From a virus (taxonomy: Duplodnaviria; Caudoviricetes): a DNA stretch of 60,180 nt. Positions 42,720 through 50,906 of the stretch are shown one piece after another (position 1 is the stretch's first letter; each line of letters begins with the position of its first letter). A program made the translations under genes and the position numbers. The DNA is taken from IMG/VR virus record IMGVR_UViG_3300033146_003163, positions 1 through 60,180 of that record; one strand, written 5' to 3'. The notes beneath the pieces are model-generated. The model was not told where the DNA came from and made no database searches. It was given only the letters and a program-made list of their open reading frames with translations.

Positions 42720-42742
42720 CATTACATATTAAAAAAGGGTTT

Positions 42743-43306
42743 ATGAAAGCACAGGACAAAATGTTAAGGCTATTTTCCGAGACGGAAGGCCTTAAAAAGA
42801 AGTTAGCTTCTAGTTTTAATTACAGTCGATATGGTTTTTCTTACGATGACATTATCGGCTTTCTTGATGACAAAATCATCCACGTATTTATGAGGTATCC
42901 CGATAAGGATTACGAGGAATTATTGGGGTTGTGTATTACTTCTATGAGAAGGGTTATCCCTCGGTTAGCCAGGAAGTATGGCAGGGAAGTATTAGTAGAT
43001 AGTATAGTTTTCGAAAGAGCGGTTACCGAAGAAGCTCCTCAGATATCTACTTTAATCTCTAACGTGATCCCCCTGCTAGAAACACATAGTAGGGCCTTGA
43101 TAGAGGTAATCCTAGACCCACCCGCTTACATCCTTGCACGGGTAACTAACCCGGACCACAGAATCCCCTCTCACTTGTTTCTCGAGTATTTAGATTTCCC
43201 TATAAACAAACAAACCGTTAAGATGTTTAATAAATTTAGACGGGACCTGTTTAGTTTTATACGAGAAAAAATAGACCCTGAAACACTTGAATTAAAATAT
43301 ACTTAA
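42743..43306 (+). CDS. Putative sigma-factor-like transcription protein
   Basis: Helical 187-aa protein; LKKKLASSFN..YDDIIGFLDDKIIHVF recalls sigma region 2 and the C-terminus recalls an HTH; the track start at 42608 runs through a terminator and is rejected. Confidence 0.45.
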   Translation: MKAQDKMLRLFSETEGLKKKLASSFNYSRYGFSYDDIIGFLDDKIIHVFMRYPDKDYEELLGLCITSMRRVIPRLARKYGREVLVDSIVFERAVTEEAPQISTLISNVIPLLETHSRALIEVILDPPAYILARVTNPDHRIPSHLFLEYLDFPINKQTVKMFNKFRRDLFSFIREKIDPETLELKYT

Positions 43307-43344
43307 GTTCGATAGAATTTTAATCCCCATTGGCTTTTATAATA
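43302..43344 (+). promoter_or_regulatory. Phage-specific promoter-like motif
   Basis: CTTAAG..AATTTTAATCCCCATTGGCTTTTATAATA directly before the DnaB ATG. Confidence 0.65.
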
Positions 43345-43345
43345 T

Positions 43346-44770
43346 ATGGAAGAAAATAAATTTTCCTTTGACCTGACATTTCAGGCAGAGGTACTTCGAT
43401 TTATACTAAACAATAGCGATGGTTATAAAGCCCTTGATTTTATAAACCATCGCTATTTCTCCTTGTTAGAGCATAGCATCATAGCTCATGCGCTAGAGGC
43501 TTTGTGGAAGAATACTTCTAATATTCCTTCTAAGCCTTTGTTAAGGAATGCTATCCAGGCATCTTTCAGAGACCGGATGTTTGCCGATGCTTTAACATCA
43601 AATGATCGAGCTGATATCTTGACTCTTGTAGAAGACCTGTACTCTAGGCCTGCGAAGGATGGGAAAGAGATTTTAGTAGAGATAGTAAGATTCGCTTCCT
43701 ATGTGGACCTTAAAAACACTCTTGAAAACTTTCAGCTAGAGGACTACAGTTCTTACAAAAGTTTTAGCGAAAGGGTAATCCAAGCCATCCATAAAGAGGA
43801 CCAGTTAAAGGAGAAGCGAGGAGCTTTCTTAATAAAAGATATCAAAGAAAGACAGCTATCAAGGCAAGCACAAGATTTGATCATACCATCACCTTTCTAC
43901 CAATTGAATAGGTTAACAAGCGCAGGGGGTTTTTCCCCTGCTTCTGTGTTAGTTATCTTGGATAAACCTAAGAGGTTAAAGACTACTCTGATGGTTAACA
44001 TAACCAGAAGGTATTTAGCTAGGAAGAAGAAGGTACTATACATTGACCTTGAGAATGGGGAACTAGAGATAGTGACTAGAGAAGAACAGAGTATCGGAAG
44101 AGTTACTAAGAAGGAGATTATAGCTGGGACTAAGGATAAGGAAATACAAAAGGTCTTAAGGAGGTATAGGAGGATAGGGGGAGAGATGTACGTAAGAAGG
44201 CTACCTGGTTTCTCTACTGCCTTAGATATCCAGAGAGTGATTAACGAAATATACCGGGAAGAGGGGTTACTATTTGACGTTCTCATCATTGATTACCTAG
44301 CCCTTATGGGAAGTATATCTGGAAAGACTGATGACTTTGGACGTATCTCAGATGCTTATGTAGATGTGGCTAACTTGGCTTTCGAGAATAGCTTCGAGGT
44401 TGTATGGACAGCTAACCACGTAGTAAGGGGTGCTTCTAAACGGGAAAGGACTAGGTATATTGGGGACGATATTGCAAAGTGTATCGATATCGTAAGACAC
44501 GCTCAGGGGATCTTTGGCCTTAACCGGTCCATCGAAGAAGAGGAGAATGGGATAGTTAGGCTAGAGATTGTAGAGGGCCGAGAAACTCTTCCAAGAGGGA
44601 GGGGATACTTTAGGGTCGATGCTCCAACCCAACGAGTAGATGAGTTAACTAAGAAAGAGGTTGCACAGCTAACTGCTGAAGGGATTCTTTATAACCCAGA
44701 CAACGCCTACCAGGAAGAAGGAGAAGAGGACTCTCCCAAGAAGAAGGGGAAGCCAACTGGAGACATTTAA
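43346..44770 (+). CDS. Replicative DnaB-like (SF4) helicase
   Basis: LNRLTSAGGF, altered Walker A DKPKRLKTT, VLYIDLE, LIIDYLALM, VWTANH. Confidence 0.85.
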   Translation: MEENKFSFDLTFQAEVLRFILNNSDGYKALDFINHRYFSLLEHSIIAHALEALWKNTSNIPSKPLLRNAIQASFRDRMFADALTSNDRADILTLVEDLYSRPAKDGKEILVEIVRFASYVDLKNTLENFQLEDYSSYKSFSERVIQAIHKEDQLKEKRGAFLIKDIKERQLSRQAQDLIIPSPFYQLNRLTSAGGFSPASVLVILDKPKRLKTTLMVNITRRYLARKKKVLYIDLENGELEIVTREEQSIGRVTKKEIIAGTKDKEIQKVLRRYRRIGGEMYVRRLPGFSTALDIQRVINEIYREEGLLFDVLIIDYLALMGSISGKTDDFGRISDAYVDVANLAFENSFEVVWTANHVVRGASKRERTRYIGDDIAKCIDIVRHAQGIFGLNRSIEEEENGIVRLEIVEGRETLPRGRGYFRVDAPTQRVDELTKKEVAQLTAEGILYNPDNAYQEEGEEDSPKKKGKPTGDI

Positions 44771-44774
44771 TATG

Positions 44775-44832
44775 CTTAAGCATACTTAAACTATATATTG
44801 CAATTACTATGCACTTAAGTATGCTTAGGGAT
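44775..44832 (+). repeat. Dispersed palindromic element, copy C
   Basis: 44775-44832 is identical to 37378-37435 (58 bp). Confidence 0.95.
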
Positions 44833-44903
44833 AAAATAAAATGTCGCCTACTGCAATTCTGATACTGCCTTTTTATTATATTGCATTAAATAAAAATAAA
44901 CGG

Positions 44904-45875
44904 ATGAACAAGAATCTACAGAATAAAGTTTATGGCTACCTTATTACAAGGTTAAGGGCCTTTGAGTACAAGGGTTCTTGGCTTAAGCTACCCACCTGCC
45001 CCTTTTGTGGTGGAGAAGAGAAGCTTGGGATTAACCTTGTTACCAACTATGTCCACTGTTTCAAGTGTGAACATAGGAGTGGGGTAATAGATTTTATCCA
45101 GAAGGTAGAGGGCATTCACCAGAAGAAGGAAGTATACAGGTTTTTGGGAGACTTTACAAGCTATGAGTATACTCCTCCTCCTATGGAATTGCTCGAAGAG
45201 CTTCCGGTAATTTTACCCAAGGGTTATGTAAACATCCGTAGAGGAGAAACAGGAGTGGGTAAATTGGCTAGGAAGTACTTACTGAGTAGGGGGTTTTCCT
45301 TAGAATATCTGGGGAAAAGGGGGATAGGATACGTACAAAACCCAGAAGAGGGTCTTTATGGGTTTATAATCATCCCATTCTATAAGGATAAGAAGTTAGT
45401 ATACTTCCAGACTCGAAGGTTCTTGGGGGATGGTCCTAAGTATAAGAACCCAGCTGTGGAGGATTTTGGGATAGGAAAACAAACCCTTATATATAATATC
45501 GATAGTTTAAATAAACGATTTAAACAAGTATCACTATTCGAGGGAGCTTTTAATGCTTTAACGCTTGGTGAAGAGACTGTAGCCATTCAGGGTAAGGTAC
45601 TAAGCCTTTGGCAAAGAAGCCGGATCCTTACTTCTAAAGTTTCCTTGATTAATATTTGCCTAGACTTCGATGCCCTTGAATATGCTTTTAGGATAGCGAT
45701 GGAGTTAGTTCCTTACAAAGCTGTACGGGTAGTAGTATTCCCAGATGGAGAAGACGCAAATGATTTAGGGAAAGAAAAGACTTTAAAATTGATTGAAGAA
45801 ACTGAGATAATTAAAACCTATAAAGATTTAAAAAGATATGAGTCAAAGTTATATAGAGAAATTAAAAATAACTAA
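44904..45875 (+). CDS. DNA primase (Zn finger + TOPRIM)
   Basis: CPFC..HCFKC, FEGAFNAL, CLDFDA, EDANDLG; likely start MNKNLQ at 44904. Confidence 0.9.
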   Translation: MNKNLQNKVYGYLITRLRAFEYKGSWLKLPTCPFCGGEEKLGINLVTNYVHCFKCEHRSGVIDFIQKVEGIHQKKEVYRFLGDFTSYEYTPPPMELLEELPVILPKGYVNIRRGETGVGKLARKYLLSRGFSLEYLGKRGIGYVQNPEEGLYGFIIIPFYKDKKLVYFQTRRFLGDGPKYKNPAVEDFGIGKQTLIYNIDSLNKRFKQVSLFEGAFNALTLGEETVAIQGKVLSLWQRSRILTSKVSLINICLDFDALEYAFRIAMELVPYKAVRVVVFPDGEDANDLGKEKTLKLIEETEIIKTYKDLKRYESKLYREIKNN

Positions 45876-46560
45876 GGACGAATTCTTATCGGCCCTGGGA
45901 GATGTAAGAGACCCTCAAAAGCTTTGGGAGATCTTAGTAGAAGCTGGGTATGTAAAGAAGAAGCGATTAGGGGATGATAATGAGGGGATGTTTCTTAAGG
46001 TATGGCTAGCAGTTCGTAAGAAGTTTAAGCTGGGTAGCCCTAAGAGTATTCCGAGGTCTCAGTTAGAAGAAGCTACTTATGAAGCGATGGCATTTGCTAA
46101 AGAGTTCGACTTAGATTTGAGGATAGGGATGGTGGCCTACTGTACAATAGCAGCAGAACAATTCGAAGCCCACCAGTTATACAGACTTCCTTTCTTTAGT
46201 GATAAGATTTCTCACTTTTATTCAGTACACCAAGAGGTATTGAAAGATCCTAATAAAGGGCTAACTGATAAACTGATTGACTTATATGACTACCATAGGG
46301 TTGAAAGGTTTGGGGAACATTGGTGGCCAGACTCTCCTCAAGATCGCTTACACTTTGTACGATTAGCAGGTATCCTTAAGAAGAAAAGGATAAACCCTGA
46401 GGAGTATATGCATGAGATTTTCGATAGGTATGACTGGTTAGGGAAACCCTTTAGTTTAACAGCCCTGACTAAAGTCTCTGATGATAATACTGACTCTACT
46501 AGAGAACCCGTAAAAGTACGTAGAGTTACATTAAAGAGAGGAGCTGATAGATATGATTAG
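45838..46560 (+). CDS. Hypothetical replication-associated protein
   Basis: 240-aa helical ORF overlapping primase and helicase. Confidence 0.65.
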   Translation: MSQSYIEKLKITKDEFLSALGDVRDPQKLWEILVEAGYVKKKRLGDDNEGMFLKVWLAVRKKFKLGSPKSIPRSQLEEATYEAMAFAKEFDLDLRIGMVAYCTIAAEQFEAHQLYRLPFFSDKISHFYSVHQEVLKDPNKGLTDKLIDLYDYHRVERFGEHWWPDSPQDRLHFVRLAGILKKKRINPEEYMHEIFDRYDWLGKPFSLTALTKVSDDNTDSTREPVKVRRVTLKRGADRYD

Positions 46561-47953
46561 GATGGAGATAAATAATAACAGGACTAAGTTATCTGGAGAT
46601 ATAAAACCTCTAAAGGCTTTATATAAACACTTGAGCTTTAAGCACCCAGAAGCGTACCATATCCAGCAACATGTTAAGTATAAGTGGGATGGTATGGTAC
46701 ATCCCCTATCTAATAAAGGGTGGATAGCCACTGGGTTATTAGAGAGGGTCGTTAATTTTCTATTTGATTATGGGGAATATGACTTTGAAGTGATCGATCA
46801 TAGAAGAATGCCAGAGGTTGGTAGTATCCCAGATAAAGTAGGGATCTTGACTCTCCGCCCTTATCAAAGAGAATCCTTAGAACTATTCTTATCCCATACT
46901 TTATTGGATGCCCCACATCCCAGGGGGTTATTTCTCCAGGCTGTTAATGCTGGTAAGACCCTGGAAATGTTTGCGTTACATTTATCCTATAAAGACGCCA
47001 GGACAATCATATTATTGAATTCTTCTGTTTTATACAAACAGATGAAGCAGGATTTAGTATCGGTCTTTGGGGATGATGCTGGATGGATGCAAGGAAAAAG
47101 GATAAAGTGGGGAAAGATTATGGTAGTGATGGCCCCTACTTTAAAGAACAGGTTAAAGGATTACCAATCTGAGCTGCTAGAGTATAACATATTACTCACA
47201 GATGAAGCAGACTTAGCTACGAACAAGGTCTTTAAAACTATCTACACAGCTTTATCCCATATCTCCGTTAGAGCAGCCTTCACAGGTACCGCTTTTATGA
47301 GGAATCTAAAAAAGGATAGCCTTCGTAATAACACTATGGTAGAAACTTTTGGTGAAGTTATCCACGAGGTTAGTATGAAGAACCTGGAAGATTGGGGCCA
47401 CAGTACTAAGCTAAAGATTAAACTAATAAAAGCCCCAAGGGTTATCCGGTCCTACTCAGATTGGATGCTAGAGTTTAAAGAGACAGCTATATATGAGGAA
47501 GCTACCCATAGGCTAGTCCTTAAAAGGATCAAGCATAACCAGAAGTTGGGTAGAAGATACATATTAGTAGTGACTAAGTTTATCGAACAAGCTGAAATTT
47601 TATTCGATTACTTAAAGGACAAAGTAAAAGGTAATATAGAGTATATCCACCATAAAAAAGTTGGGGACTCTATTGATAGGTTTAGAGATGGGGATATTGA
47701 TATCCTAATCTCTACTCTCTTCATAAAACGAGGTATGAATTTACCCTTAATACAGACCATTATCTCTGTAGCAGATGGGGAATTCTATACCAATCCTATC
47801 CAAGTAATTGGTAGAGGAACTAGGTTGGACAAGTCTAAGGACCTTATCATCTATGAGGACATTCTATTCAATGGTAAGTACTTAGCCTCTCACAGTAGAC
47901 AACGGATCAAATATTATAAAGGACTTAAAGTAGAGATAAAGGACTACTCTTAA
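46553..47953 (+). CDS. SF2 DNA helicase (UvsW-like)
   Basis: LRPYQ, VNAGKT, TDEAD, FTGT, RGMNLP, QVIGRGTR. Confidence 0.9.
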   Translation: MIRMEINNNRTKLSGDIKPLKALYKHLSFKHPEAYHIQQHVKYKWDGMVHPLSNKGWIATGLLERVVNFLFDYGEYDFEVIDHRRMPEVGSIPDKVGILTLRPYQRESLELFLSHTLLDAPHPRGLFLQAVNAGKTLEMFALHLSYKDARTIILLNSSVLYKQMKQDLVSVFGDDAGWMQGKRIKWGKIMVVMAPTLKNRLKDYQSELLEYNILLTDEADLATNKVFKTIYTALSHISVRAAFTGTAFMRNLKKDSLRNNTMVETFGEVIHEVSMKNLEDWGHSTKLKIKLIKAPRVIRSYSDWMLEFKETAIYEEATHRLVLKRIKHNQKLGRRYILVVTKFIEQAEILFDYLKDKVKGNIEYIHHKKVGDSIDRFRDGDIDILISTLFIKRGMNLPLIQTIISVADGEFYTNPIQVIGRGTRLDKSKDLIIYEDILFNGKYLASHSRQRIKYYKGLKVEIKDYS

Positions 47954-47990
47954 GTCTTGAGAATTTTAATAACCCAATGCTTTTATAATA
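47949..47990 (+). promoter_or_regulatory. Phage-specific promoter-like motif
   Basis: CTTAAG..AATTTTAATAACCCAATGCTTTTATAATA before the nucleotide-modification cluster. Confidence 0.65.
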
Positions 47991-48000
47991 AATAACAAAT

Positions 48001-48381
48001 ATGCCCAGGAAATCACGCAAAAGGTCGGTAGAACCTCAGACCTTCTTACACCCCATAAATATAAAAGATTTTGGGGATCCAGAGAAGGATCCCTGCTTTG
48101 GTAAGCTGTATGATTTATCTGCTAACGAATGCCAGATTTGTGGTGATTTTGAGCTATGTAGTATAGCCTTTGCCCAGAAGCTTCAACAGAAAAGATTAGT
48201 AGCAGAAACGAAGACGAAGACTAAAGACTTAGAGCTGAACGAGTTAGACTTCAAAAGGGAAGTAAGGAAGTTCTACGAAGACTTCGTTTTAAAAGGGAAT
48301 AGTAAAGCCAGAGCCTTACGTAAAGCCTCCCGGAGGTACCGAGTTAAAGTAATTAAAGTGAAAGAACTTATAAAACAATAG
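48001..48381 (+). CDS. Basic protein with four-Cys metal-binding cluster
   Basis: PCFGKLYDLSANECQICGDFELC. Confidence 0.7.
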   Translation: MPRKSRKRSVEPQTFLHPINIKDFGDPEKDPCFGKLYDLSANECQICGDFELCSIAFAQKLQQKRLVAETKTKTKDLELNELDFKREVRKFYEDFVLKGNSKARALRKASRRYRVKVIKVKELIKQ

Positions 48382-48384
48382 ATT

Positions 48385-49032
48385 ATGGATGTAAAACATT
48401 TAGAAAACATCGAGATCCCTAAACCTAAGCACTATTTTATAACAGTGTGGGGATTACAAAAAGGCTTAGTGAGAGACTATGCTAAAATTGAAAAACTGCC
48501 TGCCTATCCTTTAAACCTGGATCTAAAAGATAGCCAGACTTTGCTGAAGGACTTCATAAGTAGGGCAGTTGAAGAGCTTGCAGAGGCCTATGAACAGATC
48601 ACAGTTCACAAAGACTTCCAACTTTTTTATGAAGAGCTTGCAGATACTCTGCACTTCATGGTGGAGACTATGATTTTCTCAGGCCATCTCCCGGATTTTG
48701 TGGGACCTAAGATGTTGGATATTATCGCAGAGAATGCAGTTGAGAAACCCGGTACAGCAAAGAGTAAAGATATTAACTTTACAGCTTTAGCGATTTGGAT
48801 GTGGGATGTAACCTATCTCCTTAACTTAGCTCGTAACGTTTTCCGGAACAAGCCCTGGAAACAAACTCAGGTTATAACAAAGCAGCCCGAGTACATACTC
48901 CTGTTACGTAAAGCCTTCTCTACTTTTATCTATGGAATGACCAACGTAGTGGGGTTAAGTAAAGAAGAGATCTTTGCTGAGTACTACAAAAAGAATCAGA
49001 TAAACCGTTTTCGCATAAAGAGCAAGTACTAA
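48385..49032 (+). CDS. All-alpha dCTP/dUTP pyrophosphatase (T4 gp56-like)
   Basis: EELAEA, EELADTLHF, NKPWKQ and C-terminal YYKKNQINRFRIKSKY. Confidence 0.85.
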   Translation: MDVKHLENIEIPKPKHYFITVWGLQKGLVRDYAKIEKLPAYPLNLDLKDSQTLLKDFISRAVEELAEAYEQITVHKDFQLFYEELADTLHFMVETMIFSGHLPDFVGPKMLDIIAENAVEKPGTAKSKDINFTALAIWMWDVTYLLNLARNVFRNKPWKQTQVITKQPEYILLLRKAFSTFIYGMTNVVGLSKEEIFAEYYKKNQINRFRIKSKY

Positions 49033-49796
49033 TGATCCAGAAGACCTATGCCACATCCCTTGATGCTTTTCGGGGAATAAATAAAACCCTTTTATTTGAC
49101 GCAGAAGCAATAGAGGAGTCAGGTTTTCAGCAGTCTAGTCAGGTTAATTTATATAACCTATTAGTTAGGGTTGAACGATCCTATCTGTCTGAAGATTTTG
49201 ACTTCTCTGCTCTTGCTAACTACAGGGCAGCAAAGGGGACCTCTCTTATAAACAACTATGTAGACAGGGATTATTTGGATGAAGTAATAGCCCAAGTATT
49301 GCACAAGGAACTACGTAAAACTAAGAGCTATAATCTTAGCTTCCATTTTACGAATGCCCACGATGGTGGGAAGGGCTGCTTACTTACCTGTACTTTTGCC
49401 CGAAGATACAATGACCCAACCCCTGTACTCATAGCCAATGTCAGAGCAAGTGAGAGTTTTAAGCGATTACTATTTGACTTCCTTTTATTACATAGGATGG
49501 GTCAAAAAGCCTATGGGGATCAACCTTTTGCTGTAGAGATTTTCTTTCCGTACATTTGGCAAGTCCCAGATTGGGCTTCCATGTTTCTAAAATTCGATAA
49601 GGCTTCTTTGAGGAAAGCTAAGAAAGCAGAGGAGGGAACATATCCTAACAAGGTGTACAAAAAGTATATCCAGTTAAAGAATACACCTGAAGAAGAGATG
49701 AACGCCTTTAAGTATCATGCCCTTAAAAGGTCTTGGAAGGTTGTAAATGATGCCACTGCCAAGCCCCCTTATCTTGCAGCCGATTTTCAGATTTAA
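49032..49796 (+). CDS. Highly divergent thymidylate-synthase-fold protein
   Basis: KGCLLTCTFARR..VLIANVRASESFKRLLFD aligns with TS PC..F..L..QRSxD-x7-N/D; lacks the SLHxY motif. Confidence 0.6.
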   Translation: MIQKTYATSLDAFRGINKTLLFDAEAIEESGFQQSSQVNLYNLLVRVERSYLSEDFDFSALANYRAAKGTSLINNYVDRDYLDEVIAQVLHKELRKTKSYNLSFHFTNAHDGGKGCLLTCTFARRYNDPTPVLIANVRASESFKRLLFDFLLLHRMGQKAYGDQPFAVEIFFPYIWQVPDWASMFLKFDKASLRKAKKAEEGTYPNKVYKKYIQLKNTPEEEMNAFKYHALKRSWKVVNDATAKPPYLAADFQI

Positions 49797-49837
49797 CATT
49801 TTTATTATATTTATAAAACCTTAAAAATTAGAACGTT

Positions 49838-50557
49838 ATGAGAATTTATGGAACGGCAGAAGAATTGATCTCTGAGATATTTAGAGACTTAGATGAGATG
49901 GGGACTATTGTTAAGCCCCGATCTTACCAAAACAAGGACATATCAGGAAACCCCGACTTTATTACAAAGGAGTTACAGATGTATGTGTACGGTTTAGTAG
50001 CATTGCCTGACCCTGAAGTCCTGTTCCTTTTCGAAGGAGAGAAAGCCAAGGATTGGTGTTTGGCAGAGTTCCAGGAAAGAATTGATTTCACGGGGGGTAT
50101 AAACCCTGGAGAGGCTTGGAAAATACGACAAGACGTATGGGAACAATTTTTGGTTAATGGGAAGTTTGATTACACTTACAATCAGAGGTTACAGTTTAAC
50201 TCTAACCTTCATCTAATTATCCATGAACTGAAAAGAAACCCTGGCTCAAGGCAGTGTTGGTTACCTATTTTTAACCCAGATGACGTTGGTTACCTCGGAG
50301 GTAAGAAACGTATACCCTGTTCTTTGGGCTATCATTTTATGGTACGAGATGGGAAACTCTCTATGACTTATGTCCAACGGTCTGCCGATGCTGTACAGCA
50401 TTTTGGGAATGATATATATTTAGCTTGGATGATGAAAGAATGGGTAGCTAAACAGATTAATGTAGAACCCGGCTATCTGTTTCATAACATCTTTAGCCTA
50501 CACTCTTACCGAAAAGATTGGGGGAAATTAAAAAAGGGAATTTCAAAACTTATATAG
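49838..50557 (+). CDS. dCMP (hydroxy)methyltransferase-like, thymidylate synthase family
   Basis: YTYNQR, NPGSRQ, IPCSL, QRSADAVQHFGND (Asp at the E. coli Asn177 position), FSLHSY. Confidence 0.85.
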   Translation: MRIYGTAEELISEIFRDLDEMGTIVKPRSYQNKDISGNPDFITKELQMYVYGLVALPDPEVLFLFEGEKAKDWCLAEFQERIDFTGGINPGEAWKIRQDVWEQFLVNGKFDYTYNQRLQFNSNLHLIIHELKRNPGSRQCWLPIFNPDDVGYLGGKKRIPCSLGYHFMVRDGKLSMTYVQRSADAVQHFGNDIYLAWMMKEWVAKQINVEPGYLFHNIFSLHSYRKDWGKLKKGISKLI

Positions 50558-50558
50558 A

Positions 50559-50906
50559 ATGGGAAAATTAAAAGAACAGAAAGAGCGAGGCTATAAGGCC
50601 ATCGCTCTTTTAGTATCACAGCTCTCCGAGTTGCAACCTAAACAAGGTTTAATAGTAGTGAAAGATAAGAGGATAGTAACCTCTTGTTTTAACCAGGTAA
50701 AAGGGGGCTTGGCTTTAACTGCAATTGATGTCTTAAACGATATCATACATGATAACCCCAAGATTCGAGAAGACCTCAGACAGTCCAGGGTATTCCACGT
50801 GGGGGATGTAAGCAATGAAGATGCAGAATGGATAGCAGGAGAGGGGATAAAACAATTAATAATAATAAAACATGAAGTCAGTTTACCGCATATGCCGATC
50901 ACTTGA
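50559..50906 (+). CDS. dCMP deaminase-like protein lacking catalytic Zn ligands
   Basis: GLIVVKDKRIVTSCFN and AEWIAGEGIKQLII match the deaminase scaffold; HAE and PCxxC are absent. Confidence 0.6.
   Translation: MGKLKEQKERGYKAIALLVSQLSELQPKQGLIVVKDKRIVTSCFNQVKGGLALTAIDVLNDIIHDNPKIREDLRQSRVFHVGDVSNEDAEWIAGEGIKQLIIIKHEVSLPHMPIT

Noticed and set aside
42608-42742. N-terminal extensions in the ORF track (42608, also 12667, 44841, 55236, 56425)
   Set aside because: They run through terminators, promoters, hairpins or upstream genes; downstream ATGs fit better
22085-44832. Palindromic repeats as a CRISPR array or IS ends
   Set aside because: Copies are 7-15 kb apart with no spacer array, cas gene, transposase or evident target duplication
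49838-50557. Ordinary thymidylate synthase or SPO1-type dUMP hydroxymethylase (hmU DNA)
   Set aside because: Specificity residue is Asp rather than Asn, and the neighbouring dCMP deaminase that would supply dUMP is catalytically dead
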